NCBI GenBank assembly: GCA_964019335.1
Contig: OZ025649.1
Coordinates: forward strand, 434,001-498,000
DNA from: Diplonema japonicum
Taxonomy: Eukaryota > Protista > Euglenozoa: Diplonemea
Reading direction: 5' to 3'
DNA: 64,000 nucleotides
The position numbers were made by a program, and so were the translations under genes. Shown in pieces: positions 62,039-64,000 of the stretch. The notes beneath the pieces were generated by a model. The model saw only the letters and a list, made by a program, of their open reading frames with translations. It was not told where the DNA came from and did not search any database. The first letter of the stretch is position 1. Each line of letters starts with the position of its first letter.

Positions 62039-64000
62039 ATGAGCCTCAATACAACAGCAACCATCGATATAGAAGGCTTCGAAGGTGTGATGATGCTTCT
62101 AGGCTTTTTAACATCGGAGGGGCTCGTCCTTGGCGAGATGCTACTCGGTATGAGTGCTGCATCGGAACCCGTTAGCGTACTGTACAGAGCAATAGGAGTA
62201 TATGGAGTTTGTGGGTTAGGATGGCTGTCGCTAGGGTATGGCATTGCAAGAGGGCATAATGGGGAAGTGATGGGGGTTAGTGAGGTGTTTTTGTCATCTA
62301 ATGGGCCTCCTGCCGCAGCGGAGTATTTAAGTTTTCTTGTTTCGTTCTCAGCAGTTTCATATTCCGCTGCCATCTTGAGCAGTGCTTGCGTCGATCGCAC
62401 AAGTATCGCCTCCCTCTTCCCATCCGTCTTCTTTTACTCCATATTCGTTTTTCCTACACTGCTTCTGTGGACCTCAGGCCCCAACGGTTGGCTCAAAAAC
62501 ATATTTGATACCTCCTTCCTCGATTATAGCCACGCAGCAGTCATTCATATTGCGAGTGGGATGTGTTGTTTGATTATTTCTTGGCTCTCTGGTCCTCGAA
62601 TCCTCCCCGGCACTATTGATATCTTCTCCGAGCAAGGGCAGCAGATCTCCCACTCTCTCTCAAGCTGCTACTACAGCTCCTTCGCCAATTTATTTATATG
62701 GAGCAGCTGGCCCACTTGGGGCCTTTCGAACAACCCCGAAACCTCTTTCCTCAACTTTTTCATCAGCACTTCTCTCTCCTGTTCTTCATCAGTCTGCTGT
62801 TGCTGCATCTTGTCCTTCGTGGACGCCGGTAACTACAACCTGTACCGTTTACAGCGGTCTGTGGTTTCGGGCCTTGTCGCAATACAATCCTCTAGTGCGT
62901 TTATCCCTTTTGAGTTCTCGCCTGTGGTGGGTGCCCTGAGCTGCCTCGTTTTCCACGTGCTGTCTGCAGTTTTCAAGAAATGGCGTTTTGATGACGTTCT
63001 TGATGTAGTTGCCGTGCACGGTGGCTGTGGGGTGCTGGGCGTTGTGTGTGCAGGGCTGTTTGCTGATGGGCAGCTTGTTGAAAAGACGCTTGGCAAACCT
63101 TCTGACGGAGGGCTTACGAGTGGGAACCCTGTGCAGCTGGGGGTACAATTGTTGGGTCTATGCGTCCTAGTGGCGTGGGTGGGGGTCAGCTTCGGTGTTT
63201 TCGCAAAGCTGCTTGACAAGGTAGTCCCTTTCAAGCAGAGCGACCTGGTTCTCCGCAGGGGCGTTGACATCGACAACCATCACACAAGTGGCTACGCTGC
63301 CATGGTGAAGGCGGAGCGGGAGTTCCACGACGGCTTGAGCATCATAGGGAAGATGGAAAACTTCCTCGACGCTCTCATCGATTTCAACACAGACTCGGCC
63401 CAAGAACTCCTCACGTCCTGCAACACCAGTGGCCTTCAAGAGCTGCTGAACACAACGAAATACTACACGAACTACGTCCCACAACATTTGTTGAACAACA
63501 CACGTACGTGTCACCTGGTAGAGCCGCCTAAAGGGATGGGATGCATTGTGCAAACCGACATCCAATCATCCACATTGCTGTGGAGCTTCACAACTGAAAT
63601 GGCACAAGCGCTGCGGAAGCACAACAAGGTAATGCGCAGCGTAATCCAAGAATTCGAGGGGTACGAGGTGAAGACCATCGGGGACAGCTTCATCATTTGC
63701 TTCAGCACGGCATCCCAGGCGGTCAGGTTTTGCCTGAAAGCGCAAATGAGACTCCTCGAAACACGATGGCCACCGCTTGTCATGCAACACGAGGAGTGCA
63801 CAGCTGTGTTTTCTCCGGATGGGAAATTGGTTTCCGGCGGGCTTGGTGTACGCATGGGTGTTCACAAGGGCGAGGTGACACCAGAGTGCGATGCATTCTC
63901 AAACAGAGCCGAGTATTTCGGTGTAGTACCCAGAACCGCATCTGAAATGGAGCATCTCAGCACCGGAGGATTCATAATCATCACGGAAGACGTGTACGAT
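62039..64000 (+). CDS. Ammonium transporter (Amt) domain fused to a class III nucleotidyl cyclase domain; runs off the window
   Basis: 654 open codons from ATG 62039 (translated by hand). Amt motifs: GWL..., FLDYSHAAVIHIASG...SGPR, SGLVAI, FDDVLDVVAVHGGCGVLG, QLGVQL. Cyclase motifs: IVQTDIQSSTLLW, GYEVKTIGDSF, GLGVRMGVHKG, EYFG. Confidence 0.9.
   Translation, partial: MSLNTTATIDIEGFEGVMMLLGFLTSEGLVLGEMLLGMSAASEPVSVLYRAIGVYGVCGLGWLSLGYGIARGHNGEVMGVSEVFLSSNGPPAAAEYLSFLVSFSAVSYSAAILSSACVDRTSIASLFPSVFFYSIFVFPTLLLWTSGPNGWLKNIFDTSFLDYSHAAVIHIASGMCCLIISWLSGPRILPGTIDIFSEQGQQISHSLSSCYYSSFANLFIWSSWPTWGLSNNPETSFLNFFISTSLSCSSSVCCCCILSFVDAGNYNLYRLQRSVVSGLVAIQSSSAFIPFEFSPVVGALSCLVFHVLSAVFKKWRFDDVLDVVAVHGGCGVLGVVCAGLFADGQLVEKTLGKPSDGGLTSGNPVQLGVQLLGLCVLVAWVGVSFGVFAKLLDKVVPFKQSDLVLRRGVDIDNHHTSGYAAMVKAEREFHDGLSIIGKMENFLDALIDFNTDSAQELLTSCNTSGLQELLNTTKYYTNYVPQHLLNNTRTCHLVEPPKGMGCIVQTDIQSSTLLWSFTTEMAQALRKHNKVMRSVIQEFEGYEVKTIGDSFIICFSTASQAVRFCLKAQMRLLETRWPPLVMQHEECTAVFSPDGKLVSGGLGVRMGVHKGEVTPECDAFSNRAEYFGVVPRTASEMEHLSTGGFIIITEDVYD

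Overview
Eukaryotic nuclear DNA, most likely a euglenozoan such as a diplonemid. The evidence is a BILBO1-type N-terminal domain, a trypanosomatid-type class III cyclase, and co-directional genes with tiny GTATG..AG introns. About 29 host protein genes, two identical tRNA-Ala(AGC) genes and an intact APE-RT non-LTR retrotransposon ORF all lie on the + strand, separated by homopolymer-rich spacers. The only convincing - strand coding signal is a decayed pogo/DDE_1 transposase inside a TA-flanked 1.6 kb DNA transposon. The highlights are two modular receptor-like fusions. One is an ammonium transporter (Amt) domain fused to a class III nucleotidyl cyclase with a half-degenerate active site (62039 to window end, absent from the supplied ORF track). 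The other is a Cys-less pentameric ligand-gated ion channel with an N-terminal BMP-family solute-binding domain (44484-47030). Also notable are a transposon end that appears to rebuild the splice acceptor of the Amt-cyclase gene and a highly structured non-coding island near 51.0-51.3 kb. All family calls come from motif recognition by eye; no database searches were run.
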